Shown piece after piece: positions 27,893 through 41,248 of a DNA stretch of 64,000 nt (positions are counted from its first letter, which is position 1; every line of letters begins with the position of its first letter). The position numbers were made by a program, and so were the translations under genes. The notes beneath the pieces were generated by a model, which saw nothing but the letters and a program-made list of their open reading frames with translations, had not been told where the DNA came from and did no database searches. The stretch is from Octopus bimaculoides. Its lineage: Eukaryota. The stretch covers positions 54,356,321 through 54,420,320 of the forward strand of contig NC_068995.1 of assembly GCF_001194135.2 (NCBI RefSeq), read 5' to 3'.

Positions 27893-28123
27893 GAGGGCGT
27901 GCTGAAAAGTTCCTTGCTTTAATGTTATTGTGAAAGCCCTTTCTTCTTTGATATGGTTCAGTGCCGAGGTTGTGAGCATGCTGGGGCAGCACCAGTATTA
28001 TCATCAACATCGGTCGCTACTTGGTGCAGGAGGTGCCAGCAACGGATTGGAGAAGTAGAAAAAGCGGAGGAGCATCGGGTCTTCCTTCAGTTCTTCCTTC
28101 AAACTGTCACCACTCCGACATAG
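27890..28123. mobile_element. Mariner-family DNA transposon terminus (TA + TIR) with adjoining GC-richer internal sequence
   Basis: TA-CGAGGGCGTGCTGAAAAGTTCCTTGCTTTAA is a typical mariner-type terminus next to a TA target. It is related to the TACGAGGGGG end and the reverse complement of the AAAGCGAGAAAC end of the element at 46471-46651. No partner TIR is seen. Assigning 27945-28123 to the element is an inference. Confidence 0.55.
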
Positions 28124-29079
28124 ATATTTCACACATAGATATTTGACATAAATATTTGACACATATGAGTATAATAGCTTACTGAAATGTACTCATTGAA
28201 ACTGTCCCACAGTATTTCGTGTATTTCAGTTTTCACTTAAGTGAGCGTCTTGTAAAGTTTGAGCCGTGTCCTCTCATGTTCATGTCTTATATGTATGCGC
28301 TTGTATGGGTCAGCGTTCTTTGCTGACGAGGTATTGGTTCTTGTCTTCCATTTGGAAATTATTTTCAGCCTGTTGTTGCTCTAATATTTCCATTTATTTA
28401 CTTCTCGTTTGGTACAGAATTTTCAATTCGGAATCCATTCTGCGCATGATGCCATAATATTTGTCCCTCATTATATGTCTTTTATACCATAGGTTGTCTT
28501 TTAGACTAAAAATCCAGCCATGACTCTCCCGTTCCCAGAAAATGTGTATACATAGGGCTAATTTGGAGCATATTTAGAACGAAACGTTCTTCACACATAA
28601 TTTCAGTCGTAATATTAAATATGATATCTCTTACCGTTTCATAACCTACGCATAAATTTACAATAAGAAAATACGGTCAGAAATGTATTATGTATGATAT
28701 TTAACTATTCACCACAGCAACCAATTAAGTTCACACGGTTAAGTAATTAAATAAATAACGTTAATACGTTTGCTTCAATTTCGTTTTCTCACTTTTTCAT
28801 TTCCGTGTCAAAATTCTGAAAAGCATTTCTTCGAAATATCAAAAGAAATACTCATTGAAGTCTGTGGAAATCAGCACTGCATGTTATGCCGAAGCGTGCC
28901 AGTGACACTCCGTAGTTCATCCGTTATGAATATCGCTGTGAACCACAAGTAATGACGTAATTACAACATGATGTTCAAGATACTTGCTACGATTTCATAC
29001 AATTCCAGGTCTAAACCCAAGCATCTGAGAATATGCACGCACTACCTACAAGTTTGTGCACGTGTATACATATACAGTT

Positions 29080-29080
<1 letters not shown>

Positions 29081-29136
<56 letters not shown>

Positions 29137-29478
29137 GTAAATATATATTTCTCCGAGTTCTCTCGCTCTTTCTCTCTCTCTCTCTCTCTCTCTCTTTCAA
29201 TATATATATATATATATANNNNNNNNNNNNNNNNNNNNNNNNNNNNNNNNNNNNNNNNNNNNNNNNNNNNNNNNNNNNNNNNNNNNNNNNNNNNNNNNNN
29301 NNNNNNNNNNNNNNNNNNNNNNNNNNNNNNNNNNNNNNNNNNNNNNNNNNNNNNNNNNNNNNNNNNNNNNNNNNNNNNNNNNNNNNNNNNNNNNNNNNNN
29401 NNNNNNNNNNNNNNNNNNNNNNNNNNNNNNNNNNNNNNNNNNNNNNNNNNNNNNNNNNNNNNNNNNNNNNNNNNNNNN

Positions 29479-29527
<49 letters not shown>
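29081..29527. repeat. (TATC)n, (CT)n, (TA)n, gap, (AG)n compound microsatellite block
   Basis: Directly visible. Confidence 0.9.
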
Positions 29528-29530
<3 letters not shown>

Positions 29531-31149
29531 TTGTACATGCAAGTGTGCATGTATGTATTCTTGTCTCTCTCAAATCTACAAGTCATGTGAATCAACACTT
29601 CTCACAAGGGGAACATACTTTAGAAACATCAGAGCTATTATATGAAATACATAAATGCTCCACATATTGGTACCTTCAAATTCCAAACCGTTACTAATAT
29701 TCACCTACATACAGAAAACAGTAATAAAAATGACGCCGTGATCAAAGCTACAGTGTTTTTAAAGGAAGTCTGCTAGATTAGTATAAAAGCGAAACTAGGT
29801 TAAAGTTTGTAATTTACTAGAGAGTAATCTCTGGCGAAAACTGTGCAACTACAACGCATTATCGTGGTAATTACACGGCATTTGTGTCATATTTGACTAA
29901 TATTCTCGTTGACTAAATCAATCACCAACTGAGTTTAACATTTAGAAAAAAAAAACTCTCTCAAAACAAAACAAAATAGATTAAGGTATGACCATTAAGT
30001 CTGATGAAAAGAGACAGCCATAAAAATGTAGTGTGTATCACTATATAATCGCTACAACATAAAGATTCAATTGACAGCCACAAAATAACTTGGTGCAACT
30101 AGTTTCCTTTTGATACTCCAAATAGTGCACCGGATAGATTTAAATTGAATAAAAAAAATTATCATTGCAGAATAACTGCAATATAATGATTCATATGGCG
30201 AAAAGCATATTTAATATTTTTCATCCAATATAAAGATTCTTCATTAATCTATGTAACAAAGTAACTTGATCAAAATTCGCTCCCACACATATGGTAAAAG
30301 ACAGTAGCAAGTAGAGATGAATAAATCTCGTTGTTTAAGCAGTAGTAACAGGTGCGCAGTAAGTAGAAGCAGACACACCGTTGGCAACAACTGCTGTTGT
30401 CGTTGTGCAGAGCACATTTCCATGGATAATTGTGAAAAGCCGTACACTGAGATTAATACTAGTGATATCGGCAGAAAATTGGCACACTTTCTATTGACGT
30501 TATCATGAGAAAACACATCAGAAGCCGTTCCTGGTTCTGTATGTTAGTGTGTGTGTGTTCGTGTGTGTGTGTGTGCCTGTGTGTATGAGTATCAGCGTGT
30601 GAGTGCGTATGTGTGTGTATGTGCACACATAACCCTCCTCACACACACGAACTGCTTGTGGTATATATATATATATATATATATATGGTGAGGATGTATG
30701 CGTTTGGTTGTGTGTCGTTCGTCTCTGTGTGCATGTGTCTGTTCGTGCTAAGTAATTATCATTGAGTACAGGAAGTATAAGTAGGACATGTGTTGAAATA
30801 TTTCTGTTAGGAAGCGGTTTGTGAGGAATGTACATGCGTGTGATGTATGTCAGAGTGATTGGGTTAAGCAGGAATACATACATTGATACGTTTTCACACA
30901 CGGACATGCATCATATGCTTACAGAAAAGTACAAACGTGTGCTTACGCAAATGAATACAGATACACATGCATAGCCGTATTATGCGTGCGTGTATGTATT
31001 GTCAGGTGTATATGCATGTATGCATTCATATACGCATGTGTATAAATATACGTACGTACATATGCATATATTAATATATATATANNNNNNNNNNNNNNNN
31101 NNNNNNNNNNNNNNNNNNNNNNNNNNNNNNNNNNNNNNNNNNNNNNNNN

Positions 31150-31189
<40 letters not shown>

Positions 31190-31201
31190 CTATCTATCTA
31201 T

Positions 31202-31232
<31 letters not shown>

Positions 31233-32280
31233 AACACACACACACAAACACACACACGCACAGACACGTATGAACACGCACATTTATATCAGTGGTATCT
31301 CTCTTCTTACGAGGATTAGCATGAGTGTATAACATAGAATGAATGTAAAAGCAGTGTGTGTGCTATCCTGTTGTCTCTCAAAGGCATTATATTATCCGTT
31401 TCTCATTTGCAGGTTTCTCACAATGTCGAATACATGGCAGATTAGTGAATAGTTGTATGAAATCTCATATTTTAAGCAGATGACTCAATGGTCATCCTTG
31501 TGTTACTGCTCCAAAGAAGTCTATTCAACCCGGTGACTAGATTTTCTTCAACGTTCCTTGAAATTCAACGCACAAGAATGCTACCTAGGAAGAATGCCTT
31601 CCAAACTTAGCAATTACATGAAACTTTTGATTACAGTATACTCGCCATGAATGATTCCTTTAGTAAGTTGAAAATCTGAGTTTAAAAATCCCAGTTACTT
31701 CTTGGTTCGAGAAAGCATGGAGATGCTCTTTTAACGTCTCATTGTTTATTAGACGGCAGTTCAATCGTTACTCCCTAAGTTAACTGTAGAATATGGAAAA
31801 AACTAATAAATCATTCCGTGCTTCTCGACTTAACGTAGGTGATGGTAGTAACGGTTTTGGGCAGTGATTTCTTTGAATACCTTTCGGTAATTTTCGAGAG
31901 ATAGCAAAAAACCAATAATATATCGATACATTGTCATATATGGATTTGCCTAATTCTGGAGAAAATTGGACGTAACAAACCAGCAGATGTATTGGCATAT
32001 ATACAAAATGATCGACAAACACCGTATCTCAATATGGTACACATACAACCACATGGTTATTCAGTGGTGAAAACAAGGTAAACCTGACATTTAAATTTAA
32101 GGTCAGTTGTTATGGGAAGAAGCTACTCATAAATATAGATTAATATAAACGATTAACATTTACATAGATATGCACAGATGGGCAAATAACAGGAGATGCA
32201 AGCATAATTTAACCCGTCTACTGTATTATTAAATACGATTTCAGTTTAATATCTCGCAATGTTCAAGCGGTTTCTACCTA

Positions 32281-32315
<35 letters not shown>

Positions 32316-33166
32316 CTGTGTATATATATCTCTGTGTATATATATATATATATATCTGTGTATACGTGTGTAGATATGTATTTATGCATATTTACGCTCC
32401 ATTGCAGTTTCTCCCATTTCCTGGGCTCATTGATCCTTTCAGAGATTTGGATTATAGTAATGCAGTGTCCAACAATCACAACTCACAAGATGCATTGGCA
32501 TGCTTGACGGTCTAGTGGACGATGTCCCAAGCATTTCCTGATTGCTGGTGTGCTAAATGTTACCAATATTACGCACGAGCATTTACAACAAATACGGAGA
32601 TATCTCAGCAACTCCACAAAAGACATGAAAACACAGATACAGGAATACACATACACACAGACCTACAACCTGACCCATGCACATAGATGTGCGTATATAC
32701 GTAAACACATACACACACATTCAACAGCTATCTAAAATGGTATGATGCTATGCATTTTTCATATCAGAAAGCATTAGCGTCTTGTTGCTCATGTTCTTGC
32801 AAGCACTTACCCATTCACTAAAAATAAATACCCGATATTCCAATTTAATGTATCACAATGTGTACATATATCTGAATGAACAAGGACGTAGATAATTACA
32901 AGTATGTCCATCCATATATAGATTCTTTTCTTTGTACGCTTAAATGTATCGAACCAAAAAAAGAAATGCAAATTCTTGCACTACGTATTCTTGATGCATG
33001 CATGCGTCAATACACATTCCTCAGATGTGTCAGTCTTCATAAATATAATTGCATGCAGGTGCACATGCCTTCACAGACACATGAGTATTTATTTCCAATA
33101 TAAACAGAGAAATATTTGCAATGCTATATTATTATATTATACACATACACGCACGCNNNNNNNNNN

Positions 33167-33214
<48 letters not shown>

Positions 33215-34505
33215 TCAAATATACCTATATACATATATGTATGTATGCAAATATATCCATATGTGTAACATTTATTTATGTATGCTTATATATAGGTGTG
33301 CACCTATGTCTATGTGTGTGTATCGTAAATCTGTGCGTTATTTCTTGCGTGTGTGATTGTGTGCGCGCGTATCGTGTCATTGTACAATACACATATGAGC
33401 GAGTGTCTATTCGTGAGCATACATCCTGTTGCTTTTTTTTTTTTTTTTCGATGCACCTAAAAAAACCGATGAAATGGATATATATCACATTGTATTGAAA
33501 TGTATACCATTTTTATCGGAAAATATCGATGCTAATTATTAGTTCATGACTGTCTTATATGAATTATTTCTAAATTTCAATACCAGTTTGATAAGGAAAT
33601 TCATTAACGAAAAAAAGAATTCAGATTATCATAATATTGACTTTTCAGAATTTTGCTATACAAAATTACTTTTCTCCTCCTACGCCTTATCCTAGCGATA
33701 TTGATATTCTCATTTTCACATATTTCGTCCTAACATTAGTTATACCAAACAACCTATACATCTAGNNNNNNNNNNNNNNNNNNNNNNNNNNNNNNNNNNN
33801 NNNNNNNNNNNNNNNNNNNNNNNNNNNNNNNNNNNNNNNNTATATATATATATATATATATGCGTGTGTATTTGTGTGTGCATGTGTGTGTCTTTTCGAA
33901 GGCAGTGGTTGTGGTGGTCTGCATGCGGGCGACTTGTATTATATGAAAAAATGTGAAAGATTGCTGACGAACTGCCGTAGGGTGTATGATATTAAATATC
34001 CCGGACTGAGAGTTAATTCCGTTGGGAGATGGCAGGAGGAAATTAAACGAAAGACAGCAGAGTTTTAATCCTCGGTACATTTGTATGTTTATTTTTGTAA
34101 ATGTATGTATCGTACATATACACAAAGAAATATATATTGTACATACACATGTGATTTTCATTTAATGGGATTTTGTGTGTTAATGTATCCCTTTCTATGT
34201 GTGGTATTACGGTGAGTAAATACTTTTTTCACCTTAATTCCCATAGAATCCAAGTACAAATCACAACATGATTACACACTATTTCTGAACTGATTTTCAA
34301 TTTGGTATTCGGTGTTTGGCTGTCTGTTACTCAAAGGCTAAATTCACATGACACAATAGTGCCATCAGCCGGTGCTGTTGAAATTTCGTCAACCAATAAA
34401 ATATGTGCTTTTCAGTATTTGATATTTTCTTGGGACTTTTACCACACCCAACGGTGTTCTAAACAAAATATCCATGTTAGGTTGGATGTACAAACTAATA
34501 TTCTT

Positions 34506-34818
34506 AACTGGCTAAATTCGGTGTGGGATAGTGAGTTCGATTCCCGGACAGGGCTGCGCGTCGTCTTCTTGAGCAAGACACTTTATTTAACTTTGCTCCA
34601 TTTCACACAGATGTAGAAATGAGTTGCGACGTCACTGGTGCCAAGCTGTATCAGCCTTTGTATTTCTCTTGGATGACATCAGTGGCGTGGAGAGGGGAGG
34701 CTGGTATGCATGGGCGGCTGATCTTCAATAAAAAATCTTGCCCTGACTTGTGACTTGGAGTGGAACTTTCGAGGTGCAATCCCATGGTCATCCATCACTG
34801 AATGGTGTTTCTACCCTT
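34506..34818 (+). mobile_element. tRNA-type SINE family C with CORE-like domain
   Basis: B-box GAGTTCGATTCCC (34533-34545), then CTTGAGCAAGACACTTTATTTAACTTTGCTCC...TGTAGAAATGAGT, which resembles the CORE-SINE domain, and a GC-rich 3' body ending ...GGTGCAATCCCATGGTCAT...TACCCTT. Matches my recollection of an octopus SINE. Confidence 0.75.
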
Positions 34819-34932
34819 AACAATATAAACATTAATTCCTTATTGCAATGTTCTTTATTTTCATCAAATATTATGCCACGAATATTATATACATTCTGGA
34901 GACCTTTCTTACACTCGACACAGATATAATCA

Positions 34933-35208
34933 TGTGCTTAAGGAGCTCACCTTGCAACCACATGGTTTGAGGTTTCTATATGTGCTCACGCTTGTCTACG
35001 TGTGCGTGTGTGTGTATGTGTGTGCGCGCGTACTTTGTACGTGTACGTTCATGTGTCTTCGTGTTTGTTCTGTAATTTGCGCTTCTTGGTAACCGATGTA
35101 TATTTAGTTATGTCCCCATATATGAGAAATTGGCAAAAAAAGATATCGGTAGAATAAGTATTAAACTTAGAAATTAGTATTTGATCGAGTACACCCTTCA
35201 AAAAGTGG
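34933..35208 (+). mobile_element. SINE family A, decayed copy with internal (TG) tract
   Basis: Head GTGCTTAAGGAGCTCACCTTGCAACCACATGGTTT, internal TG tract, and 3' motifs AACCGATGT...TATGTCCCC...TCGGTAGAATAAGTATTA homologous to the 3' halves at 2915 and 49751. Confidence 0.6.
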
Positions 35209-36821
35209 GAATATGAAAATGTCTCCTTTTGAATTTACTATATATCAAGTTAATTTTGTTATTCTATTAATTAGAATGAATTGTTTTCTTTGCAGAAAAT
35301 ATACAACAAAGAATGTGACCAAACGTGAACCATTGAAATTATTTACATTGATATTCCTTGCACTGTATCGATTCATGATTGCGATGCAATCTGTATTCTT
35401 GAATTTAATGCAATTATAAAAGTCTCAATGATTATGTATAAACTCAACAGCATCCTCTTTATTTTGATTTTGTTTTTCTCTATAAAATCATTATAGAGAT
35501 AACCTTTGACCTGGTGCAACACTAATAGTGACCAGACACTTTGTGATTACAAACATGACTCTATGTTTATATTAGCGAGTGCTAATTATGAAATGTTAGG
35601 ACGGCGTGGTCTATATTGTGGGATTATGGCTTCATTTTACAACACGTCTATCGTAGAAACTTACCTGTTATTGGTTTCCAGATAATATAATTCAGAATCC
35701 GATTAATATTATAAATCAGAATCCAAATTATGTTACTAATACATGTTTTCTGACAATTATAACACAGGAAATTTATATAAAACAACATTTATGAAAGTAA
35801 CGCCATTTTATTGGGAGATTCATAATTAATTTCAGTGCATTATATCTATTTCACATTACTTATTCGGGGATTATATATATTTTTATATGGGTATCATAAG
35901 GAACACTCAAATGTTTTAATATTAATGGAGTATTGTTCCCAGAATAAGCTTCAAATACTCCTCTACTGACAAAACGCTCCAAGTGACATAAATAAATAGA
36001 CATAAATATTTCATTTGGCAATAATATACATAGGTAACCTATTCAGAAAAGTGCCGACATTATAATAAACTATTATATAATTTGCATAATTCTTTATAAA
36101 TTTTGTGACTACAAACATTTCTTTTTATCCTACTGGGCTGTGTTCAAAACAAACAAAGACAAAGGCGTTCCTGAAACGAAATCATAAAATTGAGTAAAAT
36201 GACATGGATGCCAATATCCGCGAGTAAAAATGGCACACAATTACAAAGAACACTGATATTATTGTAGGAGACAATACTCAAGTTTCTTTGCTTTTATACT
36301 TTTCGAGTGAAGTATGCATTCCGTTCCGTTGCAAATTTCTTTCAAATAGACTTTGACAAACTGATTCTGACAAGGTTTTACGGAAATCTCTGTTTAACTT
36401 ATCGACAATATCCATTATTCCAGGAGCAATAATTGTCCATTTTCAAACCAAACAGCGTAATTCAATAAAGATATTGTCACCGAACCACCTTATGTTGAAA
36501 TCAGTTCCCGTCAAATATTATTACGCAATTAATGAACAACATTCAGGAGGGAAATACTTGAAAATTGTAGTTTTCAGTTTTTGTGTTATGAATTAAACTA
36601 TTTTTGTAACGCTCACCAAGCAGTTATTACTACAGGGATAGTGGTGTGAAAATGTGAAAGTGTTTCCCAAGTACTCAATTTATTTTGATAACAAAATATT
36701 TAATATGCATTATTTCATTTTAGCGTGTCTAATACTTTTAGCAGAAGTAAGTCTCTGTAGAATCTGCCGGATAATACTTCATACAAACACATACACACAC
36801 ACACGCGCGCGTAAATATGCA

Positions 36822-36870
<49 letters not shown>

Positions 36871-37952
36871 NNNNNNNNNNNNNNNNNNNNNNNNNNNNNN
36901 NNNNNNNNNNNNNNNNNNNNNNNNNNNNNNNNNNNNNNNNNNNNNNNNNNNNNNNNNNNNAGATAGAGAGAGTGAGAGAGAGAGGGGGATAGCTTTATAC
37001 CCTGTTGTTTATGTTAAGTTTTGTGAGATGGAACTGTTAGAGAAATGAATTATATGCGATAATGCAATCGAGTATTCACTTTTGTCATCTATCTTTTGAG
37101 TTTCAATATTTATAGATATAAAAGAATTGATTATTCGTGTTGTTTTCTTTTTAATCTTTTTGCGAGTCGTGATGTTTTAAAGACACCAACAGCTTTCCGA
37201 GTAAACAGGCAAGCAAAACTTCACAACGTCCCGATAACGCCAGCTTGATGATATAATTCTATTTGCATCAATAGGAGTTGTATATGCGATGCGTACTGGA
37301 ACACTGTAAAACATATTCGCAACAACGTGCAAAGCAAATACGTGTTTCTGTTTTACATACCAGGTAATAAATGCTTTTGGCATTTAGTAGTCATTGAACC
37401 TATGTAAAAATTCGTTTTGTAATGTGTACAATAGTGTTTTTTTTCTTTTTATATAATCGCAGAGGAAAGAATATTGTTCTTTAATCGGATTTAAATAACA
37501 ATATTATATGTAAATTCAATGTTGGCGTAGTTTATAAACAGAATTCTATTCGATTGATGTAAGGTTGAATGACACCTATGAATAAATAACATTCGGTAGT
37601 AAACGTGCGTGTAATTGATACACATATTGAAGTATCGGAACATTGAAAGAACTGCCAGAATTGATTGAATTTTCTATTCAGGTAGATCCCCTGACAATCC
37701 TAATTCAAAATGCAGGTGGATTCCCTTGCATTTCAGAGCTACAGATTCAATTCAAGAAGCACCCGTATTGTACTGGTGATGATGCAGTTCGCTGTAGAAT
37801 ATTTATAGACATTTGTGGCTCTAGAAATCAATATTGGTGAATCAGACACTCTATAGCAATTTATAGATAATGGATTTAGTCATAAACTGTGTATAAACAC
37901 CGATATTCAAGGACAGTATCGTATCTCTACATTTAGTAGTGCGATTAACCAA

Positions 37953-38024
<72 letters not shown>

Positions 38025-39761
38025 TGTGTGGGTGTGTGTTGTGTGTGTGTATGAGTGTGTGTGTTTATATATGTATATATGCATATAATGTCTTACATGT
38101 GTGTATGTGTTTGATTTTACACTGTTTATATTCGAACATATAAAGACGACCGTGAACTGACGATAAAATATACGAATTATGGAATAGAAGATAGTTATCA
38201 TCGTTTAACAGAAGGTAGTTGCAAACAAGAAAAGATGTATTCTTCAAGAATTGACATAGATGTTCTTCGTGTAATCATGTAGATATGTGTAGCGAGAGTA
38301 ATAGTCCTTGTATGATATATAGCGGAGAATACTTTCGAATTTTTTTGATTTTTGTTCTAACGGCAGTTTAGCTCTATCGATACTGGCTCAACAGGCAGCG
38401 TCTATAAATCTCAATCCTAGTGTTTGTATTATAAGAAATCAATATGCAGCTATTAAAATATGTTTTTTTCTATCTATACATGACTAATAGAAAGCAATTA
38501 CCGCTTTGATTTACGAAAACCATTCATCCTTGCATTAATTTCCATAATAATCTTTTTTTGTTTAATCTCCCTCTTAATTATAGCTTTCAAGTGCATTATA
38601 CTTCAACTCAAAAATAGGTTTCGTGAATCTCAGTACAATTGCTCTCCCAAGAACAAATATTCAATCTTTTATAAACTGAAATAATTGTCAAACTGTTGCG
38701 ACGAAATTAATCCCACTTTGAGTAATGTGCACATACATTAGAAAAACATTAATTCTCCAGTTGATAAGATGCATTAAGATCGGTACATATCAAAGATTGT
38801 TTTGTAATAATTTAGTAATTATGATTCTTTTCTTTGGAATAATTAGTTGTTTTGATCATAAAATAATGCAAATTTTAGTAATGATTAGTAAAATATGTTG
38901 ATTTTTATTCACTAATGCGGAACAAGTGTATCGTTAACGAAGTAGAAACTTCTGTGACTAACGGCCATTCATAATCAAATATGAGTGTTGCGTGTTCATA
39001 AAAGCGTCATTCCTTATTATTATGAAAATGAGTGCCACCATTACAGTTATTACACTTGTATTTCAAATCCTTCAGTTTTCTTATAGAACGGCAGTTTCAT
39101 ATGTATGGACTACAAAAGTAATTAGGTCGTGATATAATTCAAAACGGCTGAGTAAAATGTTATATTTTACAGATGAAATATTGGAGAAAATGAACAATGC
39201 TCAATTTTAGAATAAACTTTCGGTGGAAAAGGAAACATTAGCTGAAGAAAAATCTAATTGAGCAATATTCTCAAAGAAAAGTATGAACACAGACTGTGTC
39301 CAAATGGTGTATACTAAAAAGACTCAGTGCTGATAAAAATAATTAAAATCTGCTAGTAATGAAAGAGTTTGTGACCTTGTCCGTTTATCATGAAACCTTT
39401 CTTTATCGAAGAGACTCACTAACATAATAACCCAAAATCTTCCTTGAAATACATAAAAAACATTTTATGACACTCTGTCATAGATATCAAAATAAAGATC
39501 TTGAGTGAATATAGCTCCTGGCTGTGAGAATAAACATGTCACTTTTTGAATCATGAGTATTATATACTAAAGGAAAACATAAAGCATTCTGCAAACGTTG
39601 TATGTCATTTTTGCATATATATGTACCACATCACTCACATGTTCAAATATTCATCATGTTTGTCTTTGCACACACATGCACATGCCCAAGTTTTCACGCG
39701 GACGCAGTAAGACAATGAGACACACACGTACACACAGAAGCAGATATATATGAGTATGCTC

Positions 39762-39762
<1 letters not shown>

Positions 39763-39808
<46 letters not shown>

Positions 39809-39835
39809 CATCTATCTCTCTATCTATCTCCTTAT

Positions 39836-39871
<36 letters not shown>
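39763..39871. repeat. (ATCT)n then (CT)n microsatellites
   Basis: Directly visible. Confidence 0.9.
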
Positions 39872-39874
<3 letters not shown>

Positions 39875-40575
39875 ACACTTTATATATATATATAACAGAG
39901 ACAAAATATCAAGGGATATTTAGGATCACAGTCCTGTTCCAAATTACCGGTCAATGAAATTTTAACGTCATGTAAGAGCATATTCTATATATACGTAATA
40001 CGACTTCCAGCCTATGGCAGCGTGCATGCGGGGTCAGAGGCGAAGACCTCTAATAACAGCCGTTACTTTTCCTTTTCGGGCACAGACGAGAAAATTTGGA
40101 GAGACAGAGAAATTGAAAATAGAAATACACCCTTGTATACCAAGCATTTCAAATGTATAGACATGTTTGCACTTTAGTGGTGGCTGTGCTCACGACTCCA
40201 GTTTTGACTTTTCTTTTTGTATGAAACTCTAAATTCTCCTAAAATTTCCTTCCTCTTTCAATATAACGCATTAATTATAAACTCTATCATGTAACTCCTA
40301 AATACTCTGTTAGCAATATATTGGTCCATTCTTCAAAGCAATCAAGCTTTTCAGGCTTGACTACCACAGTACTATTAATTTACGCAAAATTTCTGTATAC
40401 ATAGTAAGCATACTATGGTAATGATTAGAACAATCGAATTCTGTAGCACATATATGCAACAGACAATTCGATTTATTCAACATGAGTGACGCTTATACAT
40501 GTACAACGCATCAAAATTTCTCAAGCACAGAAACATGTGCTGAAGCTAAGTGTTATACACAATAAGATGGTATAC

Positions 40576-40618
<43 letters not shown>

Positions 40619-40641
40619 NNNNNNNNNNNNNNNNNNNNNNN

Positions 40642-40693
<52 letters not shown>

Positions 40694-41194
40694 GTATATA
40701 TAGGTACATATATATATGTACATATATATATTATATACATATATATTAATGAATTTATATATGTGTATATTAATTTTATGTACATAAGCATATATACATA
40801 TATGTATGTACATACATACACGTACATACATAAAGGCATCCACATATCATACCAAAAATGCACATTCCTGTCATTACGCCTTCTCTGAATGAAACTGCTT
40901 AGTAACAGAATATAAAACTACAGTAAAATTTAACATGAAACATCGCTCAAAGCAAAAGATATAGGCATGTACTGGAATGAAATGTTTTGAAGAACATTAT
41001 AGCTGTCAAATTTGACAGCATCTACTTCCTTCTTCTGTATCGTAGTAACTCTCACGTATATACACACATGCATATGTGCGTGTGAGTGCGTGTGTGTGTA
41101 TGTTTGTGTGTGTGTGTATACTTATACATATAGGGAAAGTAAGAAGAAAAAAAAAGCGAAAATGCAGTTTGAATATAAAAAAAATAAAGGCTTT

Positions 41195-41248
<54 letters not shown>

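Noticed and set aside
31395-31445. Acceptor-like TCCGTTTCTCATTTGCAG followed by VSHNVEYMAD* (possible terminal exon)
   Set aside because: Ten codons are too few to support a call, and there is no linked upstream exon.
31513-31547. Imperfect hairpin whose 3' arm begins TGACTAGA (miR-279-family seed)
   Set aside because: The stem is only about 13 bp with a 6-nt loop and does not extend; the sequence beyond the seed does not match miR-279 as I recall it.
34531-34546. tRNA T-loop/B-box motif GAGTTCGATTCCC
   Set aside because: It belongs to a SINE head; there is no cloverleaf, so it is not a tRNA gene.
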